From positions 69,042 through 133,041 of the forward strand of contig CBFIDD010000004.1 in assembly GCA_965661285.1 (NCBI GenBank): a stretch of 64,000 bases of DNA. Reading direction: 5' to 3'. How positions within the stretch are numbered: the stretch's first letter is position 1; every line of letters begins with the position of its first letter. Shown here one piece after another: positions 1-10,100 of this stretch. The translations under genes and the position numbers were made by a program. Source of the stretch: Poseidonia sp. GTDB lineage: Archaea > Thermoplasmatota > Poseidoniia > Poseidoniales > Poseidoniaceae. The notes under the pieces were generated by a model. That model was given only the letters and a program-made list of their open reading frames with translations, made no database searches and had not been told where the DNA came from.

Positions 1-1932
1 TTCCTGACCAAGGACTTGGACCTCATCAAGCAACAGCTCTACGACGGCCTCGACCTGCGTATGGAAGATTTGACCGTCGACGACTTGCTGGACGACATCA
101 ACACCGATGTCATGACGCCGGCATGGGTGTGCTTTGACCACGATCCTGCTGAAATCGCCAAAAACGCATACGCTGGCTTGATGCACAACGGTCTGCGTGT
201 GTTTCGAGAAAACGCCCTGAAGGACGGGAACTTCGAAGTCATCGTTTCGGGCCAGCGCAAAGGTACCGGTTCAAGCCGAGAGACCGCCGCTCAATGCGAA
301 CGCTGGGCCGGCATCAGCATCGTCATCGCAGCCTCCTTTGCACCCATCCATGAACGCAACAACATCAACCTCGGCCAGTTGATGGGCGACCACGCCATGC
401 TCGAGCGCCTGCAAAACGGCGAATCCATCGCTCTTGCCGAATTCACCGGGCAGTACGACCCCGTCACCCAACTCATCGTCGAACACGGCGGCCTGTTCCC
501 CTTCGCCAAGGCCCTCAAGGCAGGCGAACTCGATCTCGCGCCGTTGAGCACGACCCAACGCCCGATGACGATGGCTGAACGTATCATCAGCCGAAACTTG
601 GTGGGCCAACCCGATGGTCAGTGCGTCCAACCGGGCGACCCGGTCATCGCACAGGTTCAAGGCGGCTACTCCCACGAATTTACGACAGCACAAGTTCACA
701 CCTTCCTGCAGGAGGAGTACGGAGAGGGTTACGCCCTGCCCAATTCGAGCAAATTTGCGGTGTTCGAAGACCACCTGCTCTACGCCCAACACAACCCGAA
801 ATTCGTTCCGTTCATGCACAAGGTCCAGACCCTGCGCGACCTTCAGGTCGCATTCCAGCAACACACGGGCGTGCGTGATTATTCGGCCGTGGACGGCGTA
901 TCGCCGGGCATTTGCCATCAAGTGGCCCGCGAAGAATTCATCGAAATTGGCGACTTCATCCAAGCCACCGATTCCCACACCTGCATGGGCGGTGCTTCAA
1001 ACGCCCTCACGTGGGGTGTTGGTGCCACCGAATATGCCAACCTTGTCAGCGCAGGCTTCACCTTCGTGAAAGTGCCTGAATCCATTCGATTCGAGCTCGT
1101 CGGGGAACTCAACCACGGGTGCACCGCAAAAGACGTCATTTTGGCCATTCTCGCCGACCACGCTCGCAAGGAGTTGACGCTGAACCGAAGCATGGAATTC
1201 GGCGGGCCCGGACTTGCCTCCCTTTCGGTGGACGAACGAGCAACGCTGTGCAACATGGCTACCGAATGTTCGGGACGAACCGGTATCTGCGAGGCCGATG
1301 ACGCCCTTATGACGTGGATGCTCAAAGCGCAACCCCACCTTTCGGAAGAGAAGCAGCGCGCTCGCATGGTGGCGCCCGATGAAGGCGCCCATTACGACGG
1401 TGGCGTCCACGTCATTGACCTCTCGTCCATCGTACCGATGGTGGCCCACCCAGGCAACCCCGACGAAGGCATCCCAAGCGACCCGACCAACGGCGCCAAC
1501 ATCGCTGACATTGGCCAAGTCGCAGTTGACATCGCCTACGGCGGCTCGTGTACCGCCGGAAAGGAGGACGACATCGCCTACTACGCTGAGGTGTGCCAAG
1601 CGGCCAAAGACGCCGGCCTCAAGGTCAAAGACGGCGTTGATTTCTACATCCAATACGGCTCTGGTCAAGTGAAGGCCCTTGCCGAGCGCAAAGGCTGGCA
1701 CGACCTGTTTCTTGAGGTCGGTGTGAAACTCATCGACCCGGGATGCGGCGCTTGCATCGGTGCTGGACCGGGTGTTTCCCTGACCCCCGACCAAGTGACG
1801 GTCTCCGCCATCAACCGCAACTTCCAGGGTCGGTCTGGACCCGGGAAACTCTACCTCGCCAGCCCGCTCACGGTCGCCGCTTCAGCCTTCACCGGACACA
1901 TCAGCATCTGGAGCCCCGGCCTTTTCGCTTGA
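1..1932 (+). CDS. Aconitase-family (LeuD+LeuC / homoaconitase-like) fused dehydratase, 5' partial
   Basis: Frame open from base 1. N-terminal swivel motifs (GTGSSRETA, SFAPIHERNNINLG), then large-subunit motifs GICHQ, TDSHT, and [4Fe-4S] ligands GSCT...GCGACIG, NRNFQGR. Confidence 0.85.
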   Translation, partial: FLTKDLDLIKQQLYDGLDLRMEDLTVDDLLDDINTDVMTPAWVCFDHDPAEIAKNAYAGLMHNGLRVFRENALKDGNFEVIVSGQRKGTGSSRETAAQCERWAGISIVIAASFAPIHERNNINLGQLMGDHAMLERLQNGESIALAEFTGQYDPVTQLIVEHGGLFPFAKALKAGELDLAPLSTTQRPMTMAERIISRNLVGQPDGQCVQPGDPVIAQVQGGYSHEFTTAQVHTFLQEEYGEGYALPNSSKFAVFEDHLLYAQHNPKFVPFMHKVQTLRDLQVAFQQHTGVRDYSAVDGVSPGICHQVAREEFIEIGDFIQATDSHTCMGGASNALTWGVGATEYANLVSAGFTFVKVPESIRFELVGELNHGCTAKDVILAILADHARKELTLNRSMEFGGPGLASLSVDERATLCNMATECSGRTGICEADDALMTWMLKAQPHLSEEKQRARMVAPDEGAHYDGGVHVIDLSSIVPMVAHPGNPDEGIPSDPTNGANIADIGQVAVDIAYGGSCTAGKEDDIAYYAEVCQAAKDAGLKVKDGVDFYIQYGSGQVKALAERKGWHDLFLEVGVKLIDPGCGACIGAGPGVSLTPDQVTVSAINRNFQGRSGPGKLYLASPLTVAASAFTGHISIWSPGLFA

Positions 1933-2060
1933 GTGGATGCACCCAAAGGCCGTCATTTTCGGCTTGCTCCATCCCGTTTCGCCTAAGGAGATTATAATCC
2001 CTCAAAGGACGGAGACGGTCATCTGTCGGCCCGACGTCGTCAAGACGGAGGAGGACCGGG

Positions 2061-2068
2061 GGAGGTGA
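2061..2068 (+). promoter_or_regulatory. Shine-Dalgarno site for top6B
   Basis: GGAGGTGA ending 6 nt before the ATG at 2075. Confidence 0.75.
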
Positions 2069-2074
2069 ACGCCC

Positions 2075-4165
2075 ATGGCAGGCACAGCAGAACGCATGGC
2101 AAAAAATCAGAAGCAAGTCGCTATTTCAGAATTTTTTGAGAAAAACAAGCACTTTCTCGGCTTTGATTCCTTAAACCGCTCGCTGATCACGGCGGTCAAA
2201 GAAGCGGTGGACAACTCCTTGGATGCGTGCGAAGAAGCACGTATTTTGCCCGAAATCAAGGTCAAAATCTCCAAGATTGACGACAAGAAGAACATCATTG
2301 AACTCCAAACTGAAGACAACGGACCCGGCATTCCAAAACGCAGCATTGAGAAGGTGTTCGGACAGTTGCTGTTCGGTTCACGTTTTCATGCCATACGACA
2401 ATCTCGCGGCCAGCAAGGCATCGGTATCACGGGCGTGGTCATGTACAGCCAACTCACCACCGGAAAGAAAACGCATGTTCGTTCAAAAATAGCCACCGAG
2501 ACCTCGGCTGCCATTGTCGACATCGGGTTGGACACGCGGAAAAACAAAGCGACGAAGAGCAACGAAGGCCGTGAGCTTTGGGAAAAAGCCGATGGTACGC
2601 TCAAGGAACACGGGCTTGAAATCACCTGCCGGATGAAAGCCAAATACCAGCGCGGCCGACAGAGCGTCTACCAGTACTTGCGCATGACGAGCATCGTCAA
2701 CCCGCACGCCGACATCACCTTTGTTGACCCCGACGGCGAGGTTCACCACTGGCCTCGAGTGACCGAACGCCTGCCGAGGAAGGTTGAGAGCATCAAACCT
2801 CACCCGCACGGCATTCATCTCGGTACCCTCCAGCGCATGACCACGGAATCCACAGACAGTCGGATGACCTCGTTCCTGTACAAAAATTTCTCAGGCGTCT
2901 CATCGCGAGCGGCAAAAGAGTTGCTGGCGGCGGCTGAAATCGATGAAAAGGCCAAACCCAAATCGATGAAACCCGACCATGTCAGGTCCTTGCTCGAAGC
3001 CTTTCAAGGGGAGCGAACGCTCAAGGGAAAAGCCGTCAAGCTCCTCAATCCACCCACGAACTGTTTGTCGCCCATCGAGGAATTGCTCATCAAGAAAGGG
3101 CTCTCGAAAACGATTGATTCTCGATTCGTCACGACCATGACCCGGTCGCCGACCGTCTCGCAGGGTAACCCCTACCAGGTTGAAGTCGGGCTGATTTTCG
3201 GCAACGGGATGCCGGCGGACAAGCCGGTCGAAATCCTCCGTTTTGCCAACCGCGTCCCGCTGATGTACCAGCAAGGCGGGTGTTTGCTCACCAAAGCCAT
3301 CGAATCGGTGGATTGGCGCCAATACGGCCTCGACCAAGCCGGTGGACGTGGGGTGCCGAAGGGACCGGCTGCCATTTTGGTTCATCTTGCCAGCACCAAC
3401 GTGCAATTCACCTCCGAAGCCAAGGAAGCGCTGGCCGATAACGGCGAGGTGATGGACGAGGTCCGCAAAGCCATGCTCGAGATGGGTCGAGGACTTCGTA
3501 AGCACCTTGAGAAGAAGAAAAAGATGGTCAAGGTGCAAGAAAAGTTCGAGTTGGTCAACGACATCATTCCCGCCATTGCGGCAAAGTCGGCTGCTATTCT
3601 CAAGCGTCCCGTCCCCAACCTTGCAGGCTCCATCACCAAAATCATGGGGGCCGTCATCGCCGAAAGCACCACCACGTGGAACAAGGAAACCAAACAAACC
3701 GATGTCGCCATCACGCTGTTCAACTACACCTCGAGAGCCCGAGCATACACGTTGTTGGCCTCGTGGCCGGAACAGGAGGGCGTTGCTATGGAAAAGAACG
3801 AAACCGGTGGTCGAAAGGAAGCGACCGGCGTGTGGGCATGGAAACTCGAGACGTTGGAGCCAGGCCAAACCTACACCATCACCTATTCACTGACCGGCCT
3901 CGAAAAGGGCGATTGGACGGAAACCGATGTCTTCTACCGAGGCAGTCAGGAAGTGATCGGTGCCTCGAAGATGGACGAAAAACTGCTGGAAGAAATTCGA
4001 CGTCAGGAAGCCCGAGCCCACGAAGAGGAGGAGGGTGGAGCGCCCTCCGATGACACCGAGGCTTCGAGCGCTGATGCCCCTGCTCCAGAACCACCATCGG
4101 CGGAGAACGAGGTGCCCAAAACCCCCGGGCAACAGACCCTGATGGGCTACGGGAGTGATGCATGA
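2075..4165 (+). CDS. top6B: DNA topoisomerase VI subunit B
   Basis: GHKL motifs KEAVDNSLDA, DNGPGIP, SRGQQGIGI; transducer motifs RFANRVPL, FTSEAKEA; acidic C-terminal tail. Confidence 0.97.
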   Translation: MAGTAERMAKNQKQVAISEFFEKNKHFLGFDSLNRSLITAVKEAVDNSLDACEEARILPEIKVKISKIDDKKNIIELQTEDNGPGIPKRSIEKVFGQLLFGSRFHAIRQSRGQQGIGITGVVMYSQLTTGKKTHVRSKIATETSAAIVDIGLDTRKNKATKSNEGRELWEKADGTLKEHGLEITCRMKAKYQRGRQSVYQYLRMTSIVNPHADITFVDPDGEVHHWPRVTERLPRKVESIKPHPHGIHLGTLQRMTTESTDSRMTSFLYKNFSGVSSRAAKELLAAAEIDEKAKPKSMKPDHVRSLLEAFQGERTLKGKAVKLLNPPTNCLSPIEELLIKKGLSKTIDSRFVTTMTRSPTVSQGNPYQVEVGLIFGNGMPADKPVEILRFANRVPLMYQQGGCLLTKAIESVDWRQYGLDQAGGRGVPKGPAAILVHLASTNVQFTSEAKEALADNGEVMDEVRKAMLEMGRGLRKHLEKKKKMVKVQEKFELVNDIIPAIAAKSAAILKRPVPNLAGSITKIMGAVIAESTTTWNKETKQTDVAITLFNYTSRARAYTLLASWPEQEGVAMEKNETGGRKEATGVWAWKLETLEPGQTYTITYSLTGLEKGDWTETDVFYRGSQEVIGASKMDEKLLEEIRRQEARAHEEEEGGAPSDDTEASSADAPAPEPPSAENEVPKTPGQQTLMGYGSDA

Positions 4166-5262
4166 TGTCCGCGAGCCACACACCAGAAGAGACCAAGGCA
4201 GCCCTTCACGAGGTCGTGACCGAAATGTACGACAAGATCGTCAATGGCGAGGCCCCCACGATGACCCTGCCCGTTCGCACCAAGAACAACATTGGATTTG
4301 ATGACAAATTGGGCGTCTACAAATATGGAAAGAAGCGTTCTGTCCGAGACGCTACGAGTCTGGGCTCGGCCAAACAATTGTTGCGAGCGCTCCACGTCGT
4401 TGAGTTCATCGAAGAGATGATCGACGCCGGAAAATCATCAACCCTGAGAGAAATGTACTACATTTCGGAGAGTTGGGGGCTCGGGAAATTCTCCTCCCAA
4501 AACGAGAGCAATAACCTCGCTGAGGACCTTGAAGTGGTCACCAAGTGCCTGCGCGAGGACTTCAAACTCCGACCGGAGGAAGACGGTGCGCGCATGATTG
4601 GCAACCTGACGCTCCGCGAGCGCAATCGACGCGGCGAATGGATGCGCATCAACGCCAGGGACGACGTCGGTGATTCTGGCTACGGCGTGCCGTACAACGT
4701 GGAAGAGGAAAAAATTGAGTTGCTTGAACACGACATCAATTTCATCATGGCCATCGAAACCGGTGGTATGTTTGACCGACTCATCGAAAATGGATTTGAC
4801 GAGGCGTACAAGTGCGGTTTGGTTCACCTGAAAGGTCAACCTGCGCGCTCTACACGGCGTATCCTGAAGCGAATGAGCGAGGAATGGGATTTGCCCGTCG
4901 TGGTCTTCCTCGACGGCGACCCGTGGTCGTTCCGTATCTTCGCTTCCATCGCCTACGGCGCCATCAAGACAGCGCACATTTCCGAATATTTGGCCACGCC
5001 TTCTGCGACGTACCTCGGCATCACCGCCGATGATATCGAAGCGTATGATTTGCCAAGCGATGACCTGTCGCCCAGAGATATTGATGCATTGAAGGCTGAA
5101 CTCTCCGACCCGAGATTTGCCGACGGTTGGTGGCAAGACCAGATCAACATGATGCTTGAACTTGGCAAGAAGGCTGAGCAACAGTCGCTGGCCAAGTACG
5201 GTCTTGATTTCGTAACCGACACGTACCTGCCGGAAAAACTGGCTGAGCTGGGTCTTGCATGA
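4162..5262 (+). CDS. top6A: DNA topoisomerase VI subunit A
   Basis: TLREMYY catalytic Tyr motif, TOPRIM motifs IETGG and DGDPW, KAEQQ; ATGA overlap with top6B. Confidence 0.97.
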   Translation: MMSASHTPEETKAALHEVVTEMYDKIVNGEAPTMTLPVRTKNNIGFDDKLGVYKYGKKRSVRDATSLGSAKQLLRALHVVEFIEEMIDAGKSSTLREMYYISESWGLGKFSSQNESNNLAEDLEVVTKCLREDFKLRPEEDGARMIGNLTLRERNRRGEWMRINARDDVGDSGYGVPYNVEEEKIELLEHDINFIMAIETGGMFDRLIENGFDEAYKCGLVHLKGQPARSTRRILKRMSEEWDLPVVVFLDGDPWSFRIFASIAYGAIKTAHISEYLATPSATYLGITADDIEAYDLPSDDLSPRDIDALKAELSDPRFADGWWQDQINMMLELGKKAEQQSLAKYGLDFVTDTYLPEKLAELGLA

Positions 5263-5304
5263 CCGCATCAGCGAGCCTTATGGAGGAAGAGGGTCTGGAA
5301 GACC

Positions 5305-6348
5305 ATGATGCAAGCACCTGAGCCTGCCAAGCGCTCGCCTTGGGCGCTACGCCTCGCCATCGCTGGCGGCGTCATGCTGTTGCTCGGGGGCATCTTGATG
5401 CAGAGTCAGGCCTCCACCATCGGTTCCGTGATGGACCCCCGTGAACAGTATCAGGGCGCCTACACGGGCGAAGGCACGCACCGCACGGGTGTTTTGGAAG
5501 ACACATGCTACAGGTTCTATCAGGAAGAGGATGACGCCGTTATGGCCGTTCAATTGTATCGTGTAGAAGGCGACACGATGGTCGGGGAAGCCCTTGGGGA
5601 GAACACCTGCATGCTCGACTGGCAACCCATGACCATCGACGGCGCTGTTATGGTGGAACGTGCGTCGTGGACGCTCAACGCGTCCGGAGATTTTGCTGTG
5701 GTCTCTACCTGCGATAAAGACTGCACGGAGACCACCGGCTGGTTTGTCTCGGTTGACGAAATGCCCGAGAACTTGATGCAGTCAACGCCCCTCTTGTTTG
5801 GTGGCGCCATGTGCTGCTTGGGTGTGCTCACCACCCCCATCGCCCTCATCGTGTATTTTTCCTCAAAACCGAGCCGCAGTCCTCGCGTGATGATGGTCGG
5901 CGAAGACGGACGTCTCGTACCACTCACGGACGTGCATCCAGACCACCCCACGCTGTTTGAACAAAAAGAAGCGGCTTCGCCATCGCAACCCTCGGTAGCA
6001 CCGCCCTTTGCGGACACAGCAGAACACCAGCCCTCTGAGGATTTCGTTGACGGGTTGAGCGATGTCGCAGCAGGCAATCTCCTCACCACCGAGCAAGTCT
6101 ATGCGCTGATGCGTGGGGATGTGGAAGGGGCACAGGAACACGCCAAGACGGGGCGTTACCAAACAACCACCGCCGAGGAAGCCATCCAAGATGCAGCCAA
6201 TGCGGCAGCCATCGCTTCATGGGATGAAGGGGTCACGCTGGCCGAGCCTCGAGCCGTTGAACGGAAACCCACCTCCCCCGTGCGAGCATCGAAGCCAACG
6301 GAAGCGGCAAATTCCACCAACGCATGGAAAGATTGGGACGAACAGTGA
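5305..6348 (+). CDS. Hypothetical membrane protein
   Basis: Long ORF with N-terminal TM, Cys-containing loop, second TM and low-complexity tail. Confidence 0.7.
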   Translation: MMQAPEPAKRSPWALRLAIAGGVMLLLGGILMQSQASTIGSVMDPREQYQGAYTGEGTHRTGVLEDTCYRFYQEEDDAVMAVQLYRVEGDTMVGEALGENTCMLDWQPMTIDGAVMVERASWTLNASGDFAVVSTCDKDCTETTGWFVSVDEMPENLMQSTPLLFGGAMCCLGVLTTPIALIVYFSSKPSRSPRVMMVGEDGRLVPLTDVHPDHPTLFEQKEAASPSQPSVAPPFADTAEHQPSEDFVDGLSDVAAGNLLTTEQVYALMRGDVEGAQEHAKTGRYQTTTAEEAIQDAANAAAIASWDEGVTLAEPRAVERKPTSPVRASKPTEAANSTNAWKDWDEQ

Positions 6349-6402
6349 GCGAACGGTGCGTTCATAGAGGAGGGGGCACTACCCAACCTCGGGTTGAGAA
6401 GT

Positions 6403-7149
6403 ATGACCGACCTCGATCGAGCCCTGTACCTCTTGCAGAACAAAATCAGAAGACAAATTCTCGAGCGTTTAGCGCGGGAACCTCACTATCCAATGCAGTT
6501 GGCAGAACTGATCGGTGTGAGCCAGCCTGCCGTGGTCAAGCACCTCAAAGAATTAGAAAAGGGTGGTATGGTCTCCAAGAACAAAGTACCCTCGCAAAAA
6601 GGTGGACCGCCTCGAACGATCTACGCCGTGGAGCGTGCCATGTCGATTCAAGTCGATATCGGGCCGGATTTGTTCCGATGTGAGGAGCGAAAGCTTCCCG
6701 CAGGAGGTCCAATGCGCCTCTCGACCAACCTTCCCCCTGCATCCATGGCGGTGGCCGAATCGCTGAGTGGACGAAAGAAAATCGCCGTTGCCGAAGGTTT
6801 GTCGCACATGCGAACGCTTGCGTCGGTCTTGGAAGAATTGGACGCCCAGCGCGATGCCCTCATTTCACTCCATCAACACGTGCGACAGCGCGTCTCCGCT
6901 GCGGTTGAAACAGACTTCGAATCCTATGAAGACCGAAGCATCATCCAAACGATGGTGGAAGCGACCGGGAGCAGGGTCGACCTCACGACGCTGGTGCAGC
7001 AAGAAATCGCAGGCAACCCCAACGTGGGCGAAGTCATCACCGCCCTGCGTTCTCGACTTGAGAAGCAGATCGCTCGAAGGTCCGGCCAGGTCATCGCTGC
7101 GCCGTTGGACACAGAGCTTCGCTGGTACCTCGGGCCGGGGCCCAAGTGA
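6403..7149 (+). CDS. ArsR-family winged-HTH transcriptional regulator
   Basis: NKIRRQILERL...YPMQLAELIGVSQPAVVKHLKELE...GGPPRTIY; start moved to ATG 6403. Confidence 0.85.
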   Translation: MTDLDRALYLLQNKIRRQILERLAREPHYPMQLAELIGVSQPAVVKHLKELEKGGMVSKNKVPSQKGGPPRTIYAVERAMSIQVDIGPDLFRCEERKLPAGGPMRLSTNLPPASMAVAESLSGRKKIAVAEGLSHMRTLASVLEELDAQRDALISLHQHVRQRVSAAVETDFESYEDRSIIQTMVEATGSRVDLTTLVQQEIAGNPNVGEVITALRSRLEKQIARRSGQVIAAPLDTELRWYLGPGPK

Positions 7150-7167
7150 AACCGCAACTCAGTTGGC

Positions 7168-10100
7168 TCAATCGTTGGCTTCGTCAGCCAGCACAGAAAC
7201 AAGTGAGGATTGCTCAGCAAGCCGCTTGTTGACCTCATCGCGTCGTCCCTTGCCAACCAGGTAAACCACGCCAAGGAGCGCGATGGTCAGCACGATAACG
7301 GCAAAGGGCAGAGCGGTCTTTCCAACCACTTCTCTGGCCAGGTCGAGCACGGGGCTGTTGGAGGCAAGCTCTTCGGGAATCGGTCGGACATTGTCCTTCT
7401 CATCGGATTCCACGATCTCGTTCATCGGGTCGACAACCACGTAGACGCCCTTGCTACCTGCCGTGACAGGGTAGAGCAAGTAGAGTTCAATCTCCTTCGC
7501 ATCCTCCGTGTCGTCCGGTGCCAGCAAGGCGCCGACCACTTGTCGCATGACCACGCGCTCTTCTTCGCAGCCGTTGTCGCGAATCTCCTTCGTGATGTCC
7601 GCATCGTTGGCGACGTCGTACTCGCAGAGAACGATCTCGATGTCCGTTGCGTGGACGTTACCGGTGTTCTGCAAGATGATGCCAATAGGGATGGTGGAGT
7701 CCACTTCGCTGGAGGTGGACGGTGGCATGATGATCTCCTTGATTTCGAGGTTTGGTGCTCGTAGTCGGAGCGTGACGATGAACTCGTTGGTGTCGTAGTT
7801 ATCGCCATCCCACTCTGGAGAATCGTCGTGGTCACCGTCGTTTTCCATATCTCCGTACATGGACACGACCTTCAGCCCGATGCTTCGGGTGTCGAGTTTC
7901 GCATCGGTACCGATCTTGACCGCAGCAACGGTGATGATGGTTTCGTAAGGCGCCATTTCTGGAAGGCGCCATTCGTCAATGTCCTCAAGGTAGACACAGG
8001 CATCTTCTGGGAACGAGGAAGCGGTGGATTGCATGTTCATGCACGCCTCTTCAATGACGAGGTCTGCGCTTACCTGGCGCATGATGAACCAGTCGACATC
8101 CCACGAGCTGAGCACGTTCATGCCGGGCAACTCGTTCCACAGAAGCGAATCACCGTCTCGCTGAGCGGTGTGGTTGTTCAAGGTCGGAACATCAGGCACG
8201 TTGCCGTTGTTGGTGACGTTGAAGGTAAAGCGAACGATCTTACCCGGAGCTGATGTCTTCACGGCGTTGTCAACGGTTGGGTCCATCGAGATTTGCATGT
8301 CGTGGAATTCGTCAACGGTGACGGAGAGGACAATGGTGTCGCGGATTCGTGTTTCTCGACCGTTGGCATCCGGGTAAACCTCCTCGGAGAAGGCCTGCAT
8401 CACCACGGTATACTCGCCAGCAGGGACACGGTTGGGGACGTTCATGGTGACATCAAACGCCTGATAGGTGTCGGGAGAGAGTTCCTGCAAGGTTTCTCGT
8501 GGAATTTCGATGTCCCAAATCACATCGACACCGAACGCGTCCGTGACACGAGCGAGGCGGAAGTCGAAGCGGTCAGGGCCGTTTCCGTCGTTGGTGACCG
8601 TGATCGGCAGCGTGATTTGCTGGCCTGGATTCACGTTCATCGAGGTCCCAACCTCGGGGTCAATGCCCGCATCGAGGTCAAAGACATGCTCAACATTGGT
8701 GGACAAAATGGCCGAGTCAGAGATCCGTGGATAGCCATCGAGATACCCCTTCAGCGTAATGGCTGGCCCAAGGCCTGCGGTTGCATTTCTTGGGGCACAG
8801 ACGTGAACGGTCACCCGCTTGGTGATCTTCTCAGCAGAGCCTGGAATCGTCCAAGCGATGGGGTCGCCAAGGCCGTCGCCAGCATCGGCTGAACCTGTTG
8901 CGTTGGCAAAGTCGACCATGACCAACCAGTTTTCTTCTCGCCATGCATCCATGGCGATGCCGTCTGGCTTTGCTTCAGGAGCACCGGGTGTGGCGAACAC
9001 CAATTCACCCGAATCGAAGTTCTTGGTGACGTTGATGTTGTAGGAGGCACATTCACCTGGCTTGACCTGGTCGGAACGGTCATCAACAGCGAACACGATG
9101 TTGCCGGTTGACCGAATGGAGACGAACACACCGAGTTCGAGGATGTCGTAGGTTCCCTTCTCCACGGACTTAATCGGCTCACCTTCGGACCAACCCTTCA
9201 CGTAAATCACGAACGCACCAGGGTCTTCAGAGGTTGGAACAAAGACCTCGAGGTTCTTGGTTACCGACTGACCGGGGTCCAGTTCCACCCGAATCGGGAA
9301 GTTCACCTGCCAGCCGAACGGCAGCAACCATTCTTGCTGACCCTCAAGGCTGTTGGGGTCCCAGAAGACGAACGCATCGTGCACGTTTCCGGTGTTGGTG
9401 ATGGTGATGGAGAAAATGGCGGTGTCGCCCTGTTCAATATCGGCCATGCTGTGAGAGGTATCGAGATTGATGCCGTGAACGACGTCCATCAGCGTGAGCG
9501 TGATGATATCGTTCTGAATGGCTGGGTCCTTGTAAGACTGCGCTGTGACCCGAATCTCAGCCAGTTCGTCGCCGTTGGCCTGGTAAATGGATGGTGCTTG
9601 GACTCGCATGTAAAAGCGGATGTCTTCGCCACCCTCAAGGAAAATCGGGGTGTCTGGGAAAATGCTCGAGTGGTTCGAGGCGAAGTAGAGGTTCGCCGTC
9701 CAGTTCATTGGCACTCCGGAGATGTTCAGGCCATAGGTGTCAGCGACCAGGTCCTTTGGACCGGGTGTTGAGTTGTTCATCGTCATGTTGTAGATGGTCT
9801 GCTGCCCAGGCTCAATCACGTGGTAGAACGTCTCGCCTTCGTCAAATTCAACGTCGACTTGGCCGGTCAAAACGTGTGAATAGCAAATGGTGAATCGGTT
9901 GTTGTTACCCTCATCCCCGCAGGTGTTGGTATCCGACCATGCAATGTGGGCACCGCTTCCCAAATCGTTGGAGAAAGCCGGTGGCATACCGATGGCCGGT
10001 TGACGCCCGCTATTTGGTCCCAATTTATTGGAATTCCACGACGTTACGGCAACCGCATCCCACGGGTCAAGGGCCGTCAAACCGTCTCCGGTGAGATCGG

